A stretch of DNA of 64,000 bases from an uncultured delta proteobacterium (GCA_963827685.1 CAWHBU010000003.1:960001-1024000); one strand, 5' to 3'. Counted from the stretch's first letter, positions 29,278-39,086 are shown. The notes: generated by a model from the sequence alone, not told the origin. Program-made: numbers and translations.

Positions 29278-30774
29278 TTGAAGAATAACGACGATAGACG
29301 GGACCGCGGCAGCGACCAGCGAGAATCACGCATTCTGTCCCGTAGCGACATAGACCATCCCAATCTATTTCTCATAGCGGCAGCAACGGGCTCAAGGGCC
29401 CGAAACAAGGCATTTGGCATCCGCTTGCCCCTGCTCGGATATCCTGCCATCGGTCTTGCGACGATCGCTTCCCTGACCCCAGACCGGTTCAACGTCCGTC
29501 TCGTTGACGAGGCCAATGAACCTGTCCCTTATGGGGAAGGCTGTCACCTGGCTTTAATTGTTGGACTGACCCACCATATACCGAACGTTTATCACATTGC
29601 CGATCGTCTGCGGTCTGAAGGAACGAAGGTGATACTGGGTGGATTCCATGTGACGGCTCTGCCGGACGAGGCTCTGGAACACGCTGATTCCGTGATCCTT
29701 GGAGAAGCCGAAGCCATATGGGAAGAGATGCTCGATGATTTTACGCGCGGAAACCTGAAGAAAAAATATATTGGCCGGGAGACAGACCTCGACCGGCTTC
29801 CTCACATGAGACGTGACCTTTTTAACAAAAAATTCTACTACCCCGGGCAAATCATAGAAACCACTCGCGGCTGTGCGGTCGGATGCGCATTTTGTGGCGT
29901 CCAGAAATTTTTTGGGAGAAGGTACAGGGGACGGCCACCGGAAGCAATTCGAAAGGAGCTGATGGCCCTCTTCGGCCCAAGGCCTCCGCAGGCGCGATGG
30001 AAAACCTGGCTGGCACGACACTGGCATCCTGACATTCCGTACTTTATCGAAAGACGCCTCCTTTATGTGATGGATTCCAATTTCGTTTCAGATCCGGGTC
30101 ATGCCCGGGCGGTGCTGCAGGTCTTCAAGGACTGCGATATCAGGTGGTACGGCCATGCCAGCTTCAACCTCACACGGGATGAGTCCATGCTCGACCTGAT
30201 GGCCGAATCAGGCTGTATCGGCGTGAACATCGGCTTTGAATCGCTCTCCCAAACAACGATTGATTCCATGCACAAATTCCCTAACCGAACAGCAGAATAT
30301 GCCGATTGTATCCGTCGCCTTCATGAACGCGAAATCGGTGTCATGGGCACATTCATTGTCGGATTTGATGAAGACACCCCCACGGTCTTCGACCAGATCG
30401 CCGAATTCGCAATTGAAAATCGCCTGGAGACCGCCTTTACGCTGATCCTTACTCCCCTTCCGGACACCCCGCTCTACGCGCAGATGGATTCCCAGGGCCG
30501 GATTTTCAGTCACAACTGGAGCGATTATGATCACGGCTCGGTGACGTTTTTCCCAAAAAACACGACTCCGCAGCAGCTTCACTGGGGGATGAGATCCACA
30601 TGGAGGAAAATCTATTCATGGCGGAGTATATGGCAAAGAATCATGACAAAGCCCCGCGTCCGGCCTTTCTTCTATCTGCCGGTAAACTTCGGCTTTCACC
30701 GTTGCACCCGCCTGATCTGTTCCGCAAAGCTCTGGCCTCCCCCGAAACCAGCCCAACAAAAATCGTTTCACTAA
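29278..30774 (+). CDS. B12-binding radical SAM protein
   Basis: N-terminal cobalamin-binding domain (ILGGFHVT, ILGEAE); TRGCAVGCAFC; IGFES; FIVGFD; start uncertain. Confidence 0.9.
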   Translation: MKNNDDRRDRGSDQRESRILSRSDIDHPNLFLIAAATGSRARNKAFGIRLPLLGYPAIGLATIASLTPDRFNVRLVDEANEPVPYGEGCHLALIVGLTHHIPNVYHIADRLRSEGTKVILGGFHVTALPDEALEHADSVILGEAEAIWEEMLDDFTRGNLKKKYIGRETDLDRLPHMRRDLFNKKFYYPGQIIETTRGCAVGCAFCGVQKFFGRRYRGRPPEAIRKELMALFGPRPPQARWKTWLARHWHPDIPYFIERRLLYVMDSNFVSDPGHARAVLQVFKDCDIRWYGHASFNLTRDESMLDLMAESGCIGVNIGFESLSQTTIDSMHKFPNRTAEYADCIRRLHEREIGVMGTFIVGFDEDTPTVFDQIAEFAIENRLETAFTLILTPLPDTPLYAQMDSQGRIFSHNWSDYDHGSVTFFPKNTTPQQLHWGMRSTWRKIYSWRSIWQRIMTKPRVRPFFYLPVNFGFHRCTRLICSAKLWPPPKPAQQKSFH

Positions 30775-31125
30775 AATCCCCCAACTCCCTGATCCCCGAG
30801 TTCTGCATTCTGCCACCTGGAATCAAATATTAACTTCTTCAGCGGTTAAGACTAATAATATTGCAAACTGCCACCCCTTGCCAAATTCACTCAGCAAGAG
30901 CGCGCTCTGCCTGCTGTCCCGTTCCAGGTTAGGTTCGGGGCCATCGATTTCCTTTCTTCTTCCTGCTTGCAGGCTTGTCCGCTCCTCTTGCCATCGCTCC
31001 TGATCACCATTTTCCCCGGTATTTCAGACGATTGAAACGAGTCCAACGAGAAAAGGCAATGTCTTGATGTTGCGGAGGCATATGAGGTAAAATAGTTCCA
31101 GTAGACTTTGGAGAACGCTGCGATC

Positions 31126-32055
31126 ATGTTTTGGAAAAGGAAGCGCATCGGCCTTGCTCTCGGAGGCGGAGGTGCCAGAGGGCTCGCCCATATAGGCGTG
31201 TTAAGGGCACTTGAGAAAGAGAAAATTCCCATTGATCTTATTGTGGGAACCAGTATCGGGGCGTTAGTGGGCGGGGCCTATGCCAGCGGAAACACATCAG
31301 AGGCATTGCAGAGAAAGGCGGATGAGTATCTCAACAGCACTGAATTTCAATCTTCGGCTATAAGGGCCTTTGAAGCGGTTCATGCGAAGGGAGAGGTAAG
31401 TCTGGCTCACAAAATTCAGAGCTACTTAAGAAATCATTTTTATTTGATCCAGGCGATGTTCAGACCAGGCCTACTTTCCAATGAAGTTTTTCAGGCTACA
31501 ATCGATTATTTTATTCCCGACATTCAAATCGAAGAGACTCGAATTCCCTTTCGGGCTGTGGCCACCGACCTGGTGAGTGGCGAGCAGATTACTTTTTCTG
31601 AGGGACCTCTGCGGCAGGCTGTGATGGCAAGTTGCGCCGTTCCGGGGGCCATCGCGCCGCTCAAGAAGGGCGAAAGGCTTCTGTCAGATGGGGGCATCAT
31701 CTGCGGCGTTCCCAGTTCTGTGGCGAGGCAGGAAGGCGCAGACATTGTGATTGCCGTGGTCGCAGACCGGGGCATTAGTTCGGAGGAACTGCGGAATGTG
31801 GTAGACATATATCTTAGGGTCAGTGAGATTATGGGGGAAAGGCTGAAACAATATGAGTTGGCAGATGCTGATGTGGTGATTCTCCCAGAGGTAGGAGATT
31901 TGCATTGGTCAAGCTTCTCGCAGGCCCTGAGTCTGATTGATGAAGGTGAAAGGGCTGCAAGGGAGAAGCTCGACAATATCCGTCATGCCATGCTCGGCGC
32001 CAAAAGGTGGTTTAGATTCAAAAAAGGCCCAAAATCGCACAAAAAAAGACTGTAG
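31126..32055 (+). CDS. Patatin-like phospholipase
   Basis: GGGGARG, GTSIG, DGG. Confidence 0.95.
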   Translation: MFWKRKRIGLALGGGGARGLAHIGVLRALEKEKIPIDLIVGTSIGALVGGAYASGNTSEALQRKADEYLNSTEFQSSAIRAFEAVHAKGEVSLAHKIQSYLRNHFYLIQAMFRPGLLSNEVFQATIDYFIPDIQIEETRIPFRAVATDLVSGEQITFSEGPLRQAVMASCAVPGAIAPLKKGERLLSDGGIICGVPSSVARQEGADIVIAVVADRGISSEELRNVVDIYLRVSEIMGERLKQYELADADVVILPEVGDLHWSSFSQALSLIDEGERAAREKLDNIRHAMLGAKRWFRFKKGPKSHKKRL

Positions 32056-32199
32056 CGGTTGGCTGTCGCTCGATAAAAAGAAAAGATCATCGTCGCAGCG
32101 TCAGTGTTAGGTCTACTCTTTCATACGGGTGAGAGGATTGCGATGGAGAAAATTGGCCTCCGAACCGGTAGACGAAGAAAGGAATGAAAAGAGGGACAT

Positions 32200-32472
32200 A
32201 TGTCGTGGACGATAATAGGCATAGCCGCAGCCTCATTGACGATGTTCGGGTTTGTTCCACAGATCATCAAGATGTGGAAAACCCATTCGGTCAAGGATGT
32301 GAGCGGATTGACACTCATTCAATTTGGTGCAGGGGCCACGTTATGGATGTTGTACGGAATGCATCTCCAAGATTTCATCGTGATTGGTGCAAATGCCATA
32401 TCCCTGGCCACCCTCTTAATCGCATTGGGATCTTATCTGAAGCTAAATCAATCCATCGACTCCCCGACCTAA
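32200..32472 (+). CDS. SemiSWEET / PQ-loop transporter
   Basis: FVPQIIK, KDVS, LWMLYG, IGAN; 3 TM. Confidence 0.9.
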   Translation: MSWTIIGIAAASLTMFGFVPQIIKMWKTHSVKDVSGLTLIQFGAGATLWMLYGMHLQDFIVIGANAISLATLLIALGSYLKLNQSIDSPT

Positions 32473-32587
32473 AGGTTCGGGGCTTGCCTTCGACCCGAAC
32501 TCAGGCCGAGGGGCTCAGGGTTGACCCTGAGGGGCGCTTCTTTACCCCGCCTTCAAAGGTGGGGTTTGCCGTGGTCGAACGGGTCAA
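32448..32587. mobile_element. Short palindromic element (IS200/IS605-derived type) with nested hairpin
   Basis: Imperfect inverted ends tcaatccatcgac / gtcgaacgggtcaa; hairpins ccccgacc..tcgggg and ccccgcc..ggtgggg; nested ccttcgacc..ggccgaggg. Confidence 0.6.
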
Positions 32588-32669
32588 GGTATTCAACGCA
32601 GGAGGGTGTGAGAATAAGATCTTAGCCATAAAAAAGTTGGCCGTTTCCAAATGCGGATTTCGGATTGCG

Positions 32670-32716
32670 CCTGCCTGCCCTGCACCATGTTAGGTTCAGG
32701 GCCTGCGGTAGGCAGG
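32670..32716. repeat. CCTGCCTGCC...GGTAGGCAGG hairpin with internal insertion
   Basis: Same ends as the copies at 5691 and 36008. Confidence 0.7.
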
Positions 32717-32798
32717 GAATGCAGATCGCAGAGATCGGAATCTAAATTGTTATTGAGTCCTTAAGTCAATCAAGTTCTTTAAAGAGTAGAGGTAATCA

Positions 32799-33170
32799 GT
32801 GATGGAGAGACGCAAGGAAGAAAGATATGTTATGCCCGAACTATACCGGAAGTACATCACATTCAAAGTCAGGAAAGTAACCGGCGACTTGGTGGATGTC
32901 GAACTCTTCAATTTTAGCCCCAAGGGTATCAGTATAAAAAGTCGATATGGGTTACCGGTTAATTCAGCCATGGAGTGTTTGATTGCTGCGCCTCAATCCC
33001 TCACAAGAGAAATTCCCTTCACCGGAAAGATCAAATATTGTATTCGGGACGAACCAGGGGGAGATTATCTGATCGGTGCAGAGATTTTTCGAACCGATGA
33101 CAAGATTTGGTTTGAGATCTTTTCGAAGGTCCATGATTTTATAAAAGAAAGAATCGGAGGCATCTATTAG
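32799..33170 (+). CDS. PilZ-like domain protein
   Basis: ERRKEERY and NFSPKG. Confidence 0.7.
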   Translation: MMERRKEERYVMPELYRKYITFKVRKVTGDLVDVELFNFSPKGISIKSRYGLPVNSAMECLIAAPQSLTREIPFTGKIKYCIRDEPGGDYLIGAEIFRTDDKIWFEIFSKVHDFIKERIGGIY

Positions 33171-33242
33171 CTGGCCATGTCCGCACGTCCATCATCAATG
33201 GAATCCAACCATGTCCCTATGACAGCCAAGAACTTGCTTAAA

Positions 33243-34298
33243 TCAGGAATGGCGGGAACCGGTAAAGAAGGGTTTGACGTCCCTACAGAGTTCCTCCGGA
33301 GAGACGACGCACATCACTTCATCATGAAGTTTTTCAAAATAGTTGATGTCACTCGTCTGCCACGGGGGGACAGTCATCCGGGGACAAAGCCTTCCATAGA
33401 CCCATGACTGAACCCCATCGCCATTTCCGGAAAACAGGGAAAGATTAAAGCTGACGATATGGCCTTTCAAATATTGAAAGACCCTGATCAGGCCCTGAGA
33501 AAAATCGGTCCAGTCTTCTGGGCTCACCTCGTCGATCGTCGATCGATTGGAAAAGAGAATCAGGATCTCTCCAAATATGCCCCGTGGTGAAAAGGCCGTC
33601 AAGAAATAGACCTCTCCTTGATGACTGATATATCTTTCCCCCCTCTTTATCTCTTCCAAAAGATAGCTCTGCCAAAAAGAAGGCATCCCTTCATCCTGAT
33701 ACCTTCTGATCCCCTCGATCACCTTTTGGTGGGAGGTCGTGGGAATATCCTGAACAAGGATCTGGATATGGGGATGGAATAATCCTGCTCCTGACGAGGG
33801 AAGGTAATTCCAATTAATGGAGCTATATTGACACTCGGGCTGGCTCTGTCCGATCCTTTTGATCCCATCCTGTGCCGCCAGAAAGCCGTCCCTCAATATC
33901 TCAACAGTAAATTGATCGAGATGGAGGAAATGCTCTTCACAAAGGACAATCACCCAATTGTAGCGAGCATAAGGAAATGCATTGGGAAACAACCATGCCC
34001 TTCCCCGGCGGATTCTTCCCTCGGAGGCAATCTCAGGTAAGAATTTTGGAGTGGATGAGGAGATTTGATCCGCGCAGAAGGGACAGACTTTCTTTGAAGC
34101 CTCCAGTATTTCCGGGGGAATGACGATTTCGGGATGCTTTCGACGGTAGGGAAGAATCCGAGACATATGACCGGTCAGGTCATCTCTTCTTATCTCAAGC
34201 GAAATAGATTTCTTCGAGAATCCTTCCTTTGGATCAAGGAACCAGGACTGATCTTCTTTCTTGAAAAACTCAATGCCAGCCATTTTCGTCCTCCACAA
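33243..34298 (-). CDS. GalT-like (HIT superfamily) nucleotidyltransferase
   Basis: RDDLTG, CPFC, FPNAFP, FHPHIQ. Confidence 0.8.
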   Translation of the reverse strand: MWRTKMAGIEFFKKEDQSWFLDPKEGFSKKSISLEIRRDDLTGHMSRILPYRRKHPEIVIPPEILEASKKVCPFCADQISSSTPKFLPEIASEGRIRRGRAWLFPNAFPYARYNWVIVLCEEHFLHLDQFTVEILRDGFLAAQDGIKRIGQSQPECQYSSINWNYLPSSGAGLFHPHIQILVQDIPTTSHQKVIEGIRRYQDEGMPSFWQSYLLEEIKRGERYISHQGEVYFLTAFSPRGIFGEILILFSNRSTIDEVSPEDWTDFSQGLIRVFQYLKGHIVSFNLSLFSGNGDGVQSWVYGRLCPRMTVPPWQTSDINYFEKLHDEVMCVVSPEELCRDVKPFFTGSRHS

Positions 34299-34304
34299 TC
34301 TTCA

Positions 34305-34892
34305 TCATGAGAGTCCTGGATTGCCCCTGAGTCCTATTGCTTCGGCAACTCCCTGCATCCCCTTGATGGTATCCTCAATCAGTTCATCCAGCCCCACTCC
34401 CAGCATCTCCGCCCCTTTCTCGATGATCGACCGATCCACTCCCGCGGCAAATCGCTTGTCTTTCCATTTGTTCTTCACCGACTTCACCTGAACATCCAGG
34501 ACGCTTTTGGAGGGTCGGATGAGGGCGGTCGTCACAACAAGTCCGGTCAGTTCGTCGATGGCGTATAGGGCCTTTTCCAAAGCGGACTGCGGCATGATGT
34601 CCGAGCATATCCCCCACCCGTGGGAGACGGCCCCCCGGATATATTCCTCTGGCCACCCATGCTCCCGGAGGATCTCCCCTGTCTTGGAGCAGTGTTGATC
34701 GGGAAACCTTTCATAATCGAGATCGTGGATGAGACCGATGATTCCCCATTTCTCCTCGTCCTCGCCGCGCTTTCTGGCGATATAACGCATCACCCCTTCG
34801 ACGGCGTAGGCATGCTTGCGCAAGCTATCACTTTCATTATACTGATGCAGAAGCTCTAAGGCTTCCTGGCGCGTTGGTATTTTTTCTCCCAT
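34305..34892 (-). CDS. HD/HDIG-domain hydrolase
   Basis: KHAYAVE, IHDLDYE, SHGWG, DELTG. Confidence 0.9.
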   Translation of the reverse strand: MGEKIPTRQEALELLHQYNESDSLRKHAYAVEGVMRYIARKRGEDEEKWGIIGLIHDLDYERFPDQHCSKTGEILREHGWPEEYIRGAVSHGWGICSDIMPQSALEKALYAIDELTGLVVTTALIRPSKSVLDVQVKSVKNKWKDKRFAAGVDRSIIEKGAEMLGVGLDELIEDTIKGMQGVAEAIGLRGNPGLS

Positions 34893-34913
34893 CGTCGCAC
34901 CCCCTTCCTATGA

Positions 34914-35828
34914 TCATTTCTTTTTATATTTGATGAAAGTCCCATTTTGATACTCTTCAAAGGCTACCCTCAATTCCTCCTGGGTGTTCATCACGATCGG
35001 GCCATACCAGGCCACAGGCTCTCCAAGCGGTTTTCCTGATATGAGAAGAAATCTTACGGGTTTCTCCTTAGTGGAAACAACCACTTCATCACCCTCATCG
35101 AATAGGATCAGAGTCTCAGAACCCATAAAACAGTCTCTCTTAAAGTCGAAATAATTCGCTCCTTCCACTTCGTAAGCGTAGGAGTCCCGTCCGGGATCAA
35201 AGTATCCCTTCCCTTCTATGACGTAGGCAAAGACGGTATGATCTCTTTTTGCAGGATGTGTAAAATTAGATTTTGACGGAACGGTAATATCCAGATACGC
35301 GGGATCGATGATGATATCCTGCACCGGACCTTCCACACCGTTCACTTCTCCGCAAATAATTTTTACCTTCACTCCATGATCCAATGTCACTTCCGGAATT
35401 TGTTTACTTTTGACATCGCGGTAGCGAGGGTCCATCATCTTATGGGAAGCGGGGAGATTTGCCCACAGTTGGAAGCCCCACATCAATCCATCTTTCTGAC
35501 CTTTGGGCATTTCCTGGTGGATAATCCCACTCCCAGCCGTCATCCATTGGACGTCTCCCGGGGAAATGATCCCCCTGTTTCCCATGCTGTCCCCGTGTTC
35601 AACCTTGCCATAAAGCATATAGGTGATGGTCTCGATCCCCCGATGCGGGTGCCATGGAAAACCTTTGATATAGTGATCGGGGTTATCAGAATGAAAATCG
35701 TCGAGAAGGAGAAAGGGATCGAGCCGAGGGACCTGGTAATATCCAAACGCCCTCTTCAAATGGACACCTGCTCCTTCAAGGGTTGGTTTACTCTTCAATA
35801 TTTTCTTAATTTTTCTTATCTTTTTCAT
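34914..35828 (-). CDS. Pirin family protein
   Basis: DPFLLLD, HPHRGIET, MTAGSGIIHQE, GPIVMNT. Confidence 0.97.
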   Translation of the reverse strand: MKKIRKIKKILKSKPTLEGAGVHLKRAFGYYQVPRLDPFLLLDDFHSDNPDHYIKGFPWHPHRGIETITYMLYGKVEHGDSMGNRGIISPGDVQWMTAGSGIIHQEMPKGQKDGLMWGFQLWANLPASHKMMDPRYRDVKSKQIPEVTLDHGVKVKIICGEVNGVEGPVQDIIIDPAYLDITVPSKSNFTHPAKRDHTVFAYVIEGKGYFDPGRDSYAYEVEGANYFDFKRDCFMGSETLILFDEGDEVVVSTKEKPVRFLLISGKPLGEPVAWYGPIVMNTQEELRVAFEEYQNGTFIKYKKK

Positions 35829-35945
35829 GAAAATCCTCCTGCCCACATATAATATATAAGATGATACATTCTCATCCGATTTGCAAATCCTGCTCTTTCT
35901 TCTTTGAAGTTTCTTCTTTTAAAATGGACATTGATTCCATCCAGT

Positions 35946-36093
35946 CCCCCTCTCCCTTGATGCCTGCCTGCGCGAAGCCGCTTCGGCGAAGGCAGGGGAG
36001 AGGGCTGCCTGCCTGCCGGTAGGCAGGGGGTGAGGGTGCATTATCACCTTTTTTATCCCCCTCCCCTCAATCCCCTCCCGCCAGGGGAGGGGA
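35946..36093. repeat. REP-like doublet with two nested CCTGC...GCAGG hairpins
   Basis: Backbone like 2028-2116; insertions at 35963-96 and 36008-27. Confidence 0.8.
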
Positions 36094-36273
36094 GTTTTTT
36101 TGTTTGTTTTTTTTAATGTCTATTTTTCTTCTTTTAAAATGGATTGCCAAACGATGAAATGGATAATAATATCGAGGTGGCACTGATAAAAAATGGGTTT
36201 CAGATTTGGACCATCAATACTCTATATCATCGAAGGGGGACACCCCTTTTCCGTAGCGTGAGTGTGAGGTGGT

Positions 36274-36894
36274 TTAAACAAAGAATGGGTTTGTTCTTCT
36301 TTCCCTTCCAACCGTTGTCTTTGGTCCGTGCCCTGGATAGATGACAACATCATCACCCAGAGGAAAGATCTTCTCCCGCACATGACGTAAAAGGGCTTCA
36401 TAATCGCCTCCGGGGAAGTCGGTCCGGCCGATGGAGCCAGCAAAAAGGCTATCTCCCACAAATACCATCCTGTCGGTCAATAGTGAAATTCCCCCTTCGG
36501 AATGGCCAGGAGTATGGAGAACTTTCAACGAGATGTCGCCAAAGGTAATGAATTCTCCTTCTTCTACGTAACGGTCAGGAGCAGGAGAATTCTCAACCTT
36601 CATCCCCCACATCCCCCCGCTGGCTGCCTGATGCACGACCATAGGCGCGTCGGCACGGTGGATGACCAGTTGGGCCCCAGTCACCTCCTTGAGCCGCTTA
36701 TTTCCGGCGGAATGGTCAAAGTGGCCATGGGTATTGATAATATAGACACAGCGTAGGTTGTCTCTGGCCAGTGCCATCAATATCTTGTCCACATCTCCCC
36801 CGGGATCGATGACTGCTGCCTCTCTCGTTCGTTCACAACCAAGGACATAGCAATTTGATTGAATGGGTCCCACCACTAACATTTTCAGTATCAC
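36274..36894 (-). CDS. MBL-fold metallohydrolase (glyoxalase II-like)
   Basis: THGHFDH, TPGHS, GSIGRTD, PGHG. Confidence 0.95.
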   Translation of the reverse strand: MILKMLVVGPIQSNCYVLGCERTREAAVIDPGGDVDKILMALARDNLRCVYIINTHGHFDHSAGNKRLKEVTGAQLVIHRADAPMVVHQAASGGMWGMKVENSPAPDRYVEEGEFITFGDISLKVLHTPGHSEGGISLLTDRMVFVGDSLFAGSIGRTDFPGGDYEALLRHVREKIFPLGDDVVIYPGHGPKTTVGRERRTNPFFV

Positions 36895-36934
36895 AAAAAC
36901 ACCTCCTAAGATATCTACAAAATGAGCAAATTCA

Positions 36935-37032
36935 AAGGCAATCTTTCATGACGGGTTCGTCACCGACGAACCATGAAAATCAATAACCCCCCTTCATCCC
37001 CCCTTAGTTTAAGGGGGGATGAAGGGGGGTTA
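36935..37032. repeat. 45-bp repeat copy 2 followed by a perfect 23-bp-stem hairpin
   Basis: 36935-79 matches the reverse complement of 2130-74; 36984-37006 pairs perfectly with 37010-37032. Confidence 0.85.
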
Positions 37033-37265
37033 GGGTTAGGGTTACGAAGCCCGTTTGGTCTATAGTCAAAGGGTTACGTCAAGTTCTTAGGACCAATAAC
37101 CTAACCGAATGACGATACGGGCATCCTTACCCTTACCGTGGGACGAAACCTATTTTCTAGGCAATTATTTGATCATAGTTTAATAGTGGAAAAGAGAATC
37201 GTCAAGATCGTAAAAATTGAAGGAGACTCTTTCCTCCTTCCCAAAATGGTGCTAAATTTAGAGTC

Positions 37266-38057
37266 ATGATTGATTATTCCTCACTCGACCAGCCATTCCT
37301 ATTGCAATTTATTTTCTATCCCCGGAAGGATTTTAGCCCATGCCCTGGAAATGCCTTCGATCTCTCCATAGCGGTGGAGGACAGTGCCTCCATCTCTTGC
37401 CGCTTTTACACGGGCCATCGAGAATGGCCGTGGATTCTATTTTTCCACGGGAATGGGGAGGTGGTGAGTGATTATGATGAGATCTCTGCCTTTTACCACC
37501 AAAAGAAGACGAACCTGATCGTGGCCGATTACAGGGGTTATGGAGCCAGTACCGGGACCCCTACCCTCACCCATCTCGCCCAGGATGCCCATGTCATCTT
37601 TAAAGAGGTCAGAGAGGAACTCTCCAGAAGAAATCTACGAAAAGACCTGTGGGTGATGGGAAGGTCTCTCGGAAGTATCTCTGCCGTGGAACTGGCCTAT
37701 CACCATCAAGAAGAGATGAAGGGGCTCATCATTGAGAGTGGTTTCCCCAGCGTGGTGAGGATCATGTCTCATCTCGGAATCCCTGCACAGGTCATGGGTC
37801 TGGAAAAGATCGATCTGGAGTGCCTGGAGAGAATTAAGAAGATATTCCTCCCCACCCTCGTCATTCATGGCGATCACGACAGTCTCGTCCCTCTCGAAAA
37901 TGCAAAGGCTATCTATCAGCATCTCGGAACACGAGAAAAGAGACTTCTCGTCATCCCTTCGGCTACCCATAACGACATCATGCTCGTCGGCTTCAAGGAT
38001 TATTTCAACGCCATTCAACAATTTATTGAGAAGACAGATCGAACCCAAGAAAGATAA
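37266..38057 (+). CDS. Alpha/beta hydrolase
   Basis: FHGNGE, DYRGYG, GRSLG, HGDHD, THND. Confidence 0.93.
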   Translation: MIDYSSLDQPFLLQFIFYPRKDFSPCPGNAFDLSIAVEDSASISCRFYTGHREWPWILFFHGNGEVVSDYDEISAFYHQKKTNLIVADYRGYGASTGTPTLTHLAQDAHVIFKEVREELSRRNLRKDLWVMGRSLGSISAVELAYHHQEEMKGLIIESGFPSVVRIMSHLGIPAQVMGLEKIDLECLERIKKIFLPTLVIHGDHDSLVPLENAKAIYQHLGTREKRLLVIPSATHNDIMLVGFKDYFNAIQQFIEKTDRTQER

Positions 38058-38084
38058 CAAAGGGAAGAAACGGTGATACAGAAT

Positions 38085-38336
38085 TATTCCCCAAATCCCG
38101 ATTTGGAGAATGAAAACGCTTTCCTCATTCTGTCATTGCGAGTACCTGAAAGGTGCGTGCCTGCACGCCGAAGTGCTTGCCTTTGTTGAAGCAGATATGT
38201 GCAGCCAAACGTTCCGGCGCGCAAGCGTGCCTGCGCGCTGAAGCGCTCCGGCGCGCAAGCGTGGCAATCTCATTGAAAAAAACGAGATTGCTTCGTTTCA
38301 CTCGCAACGGCACTTTTCTAAATCGGAATTTGGGTA
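38085..38336 (+). mobile_element. MITE-like composite repeat, copy B (one extra hairpin unit)
   Basis: TIRs cccaaatcccgattt / aaatcggaatttggg; homologous to 27400-27616. Confidence 0.8.
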
Positions 38337-38467
38337 TTCTGTTCACCTATATTCGAGGGAATAATTCTGTTATAGTGATAGGCATAATCGTTTGCATTAA
38401 GTTGGGTAAAGGATAGTCGTGGAAACAATATTCGGACAATGAGGTGTTCTGAGGAAAGGAAAAACAA

Positions 38468-38896
38468 ATGGCACAGCCAAAACAAGGCGATACGGTGAAG
38501 GTGCATTACACGGTTAGACTGGGGGACGGTGTGATCCTGGGTTCCACGACTGACCACGAACCTCTTCAATTCACCATCGGTGAAGGGCGGGTCCTTCCAG
38601 GCTTTGAACAAGCCGTGGTCGGGATGAATCCGGGCGAATTGAAGACGATCGAGGTTCTCTCGGATAATGCCTTTGGCCCACATCTTGACGAATTGGTCGT
38701 GGACGTGGCTCGAAGTCGATTGTCAGCGGAATTCGAGCCCAAGGCGGGTGAACAGGTACAATTACAAGAGAAGGATGGCCAGGCCGCGACGGTCTTAATA
38801 ACCGACGTCTCTGAATCGAGCATCACCATCGATGCCAACCATCCGCTGGCAGGTAAAGACCTGACCTTTGATATCCAGTTCATCGAGGTCGTTTAA
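38468..38896 (+). CDS. FKBP-type peptidyl-prolyl isomerase (SlyD-like, no His-rich tail)
   Basis: GDTVKVHY, PGFEQA, DANHPLAGKDLTF. Confidence 0.95.
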   Translation: MAQPKQGDTVKVHYTVRLGDGVILGSTTDHEPLQFTIGEGRVLPGFEQAVVGMNPGELKTIEVLSDNAFGPHLDELVVDVARSRLSAEFEPKAGEQVQLQEKDGQAATVLITDVSESSITIDANHPLAGKDLTFDIQFIEVV

Positions 38897-39086
38897 TTCT
38901 TTCCTCTTGTGACAAACGATTGAACTCTCGCTGAAAAAATAGTAAAAATGGGGATAGAGAGACCGGCGCAAAATGTTTTGCGACTGAGCTTGCATGTTCA
39001 AACTTGGTAAATCTTGGGGACGGCTCTAAAAAAAACTTCGCAAATAGGAATAGTTTCATGATAATTATTATTGGTGGCAGGGAAAG

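Noticed and set aside
37030-37044. TTAGGGTTAGGGTTA telomere-like repeat
   Set aside because: Only about 2.5 units, partly formed by the arm of the adjacent hairpin
38130-38270. Repeat-spacer-like pattern as a CRISPR array
   Set aside because: At most two units, same internal sequence in both loci, inside a TIR element, no cas genes
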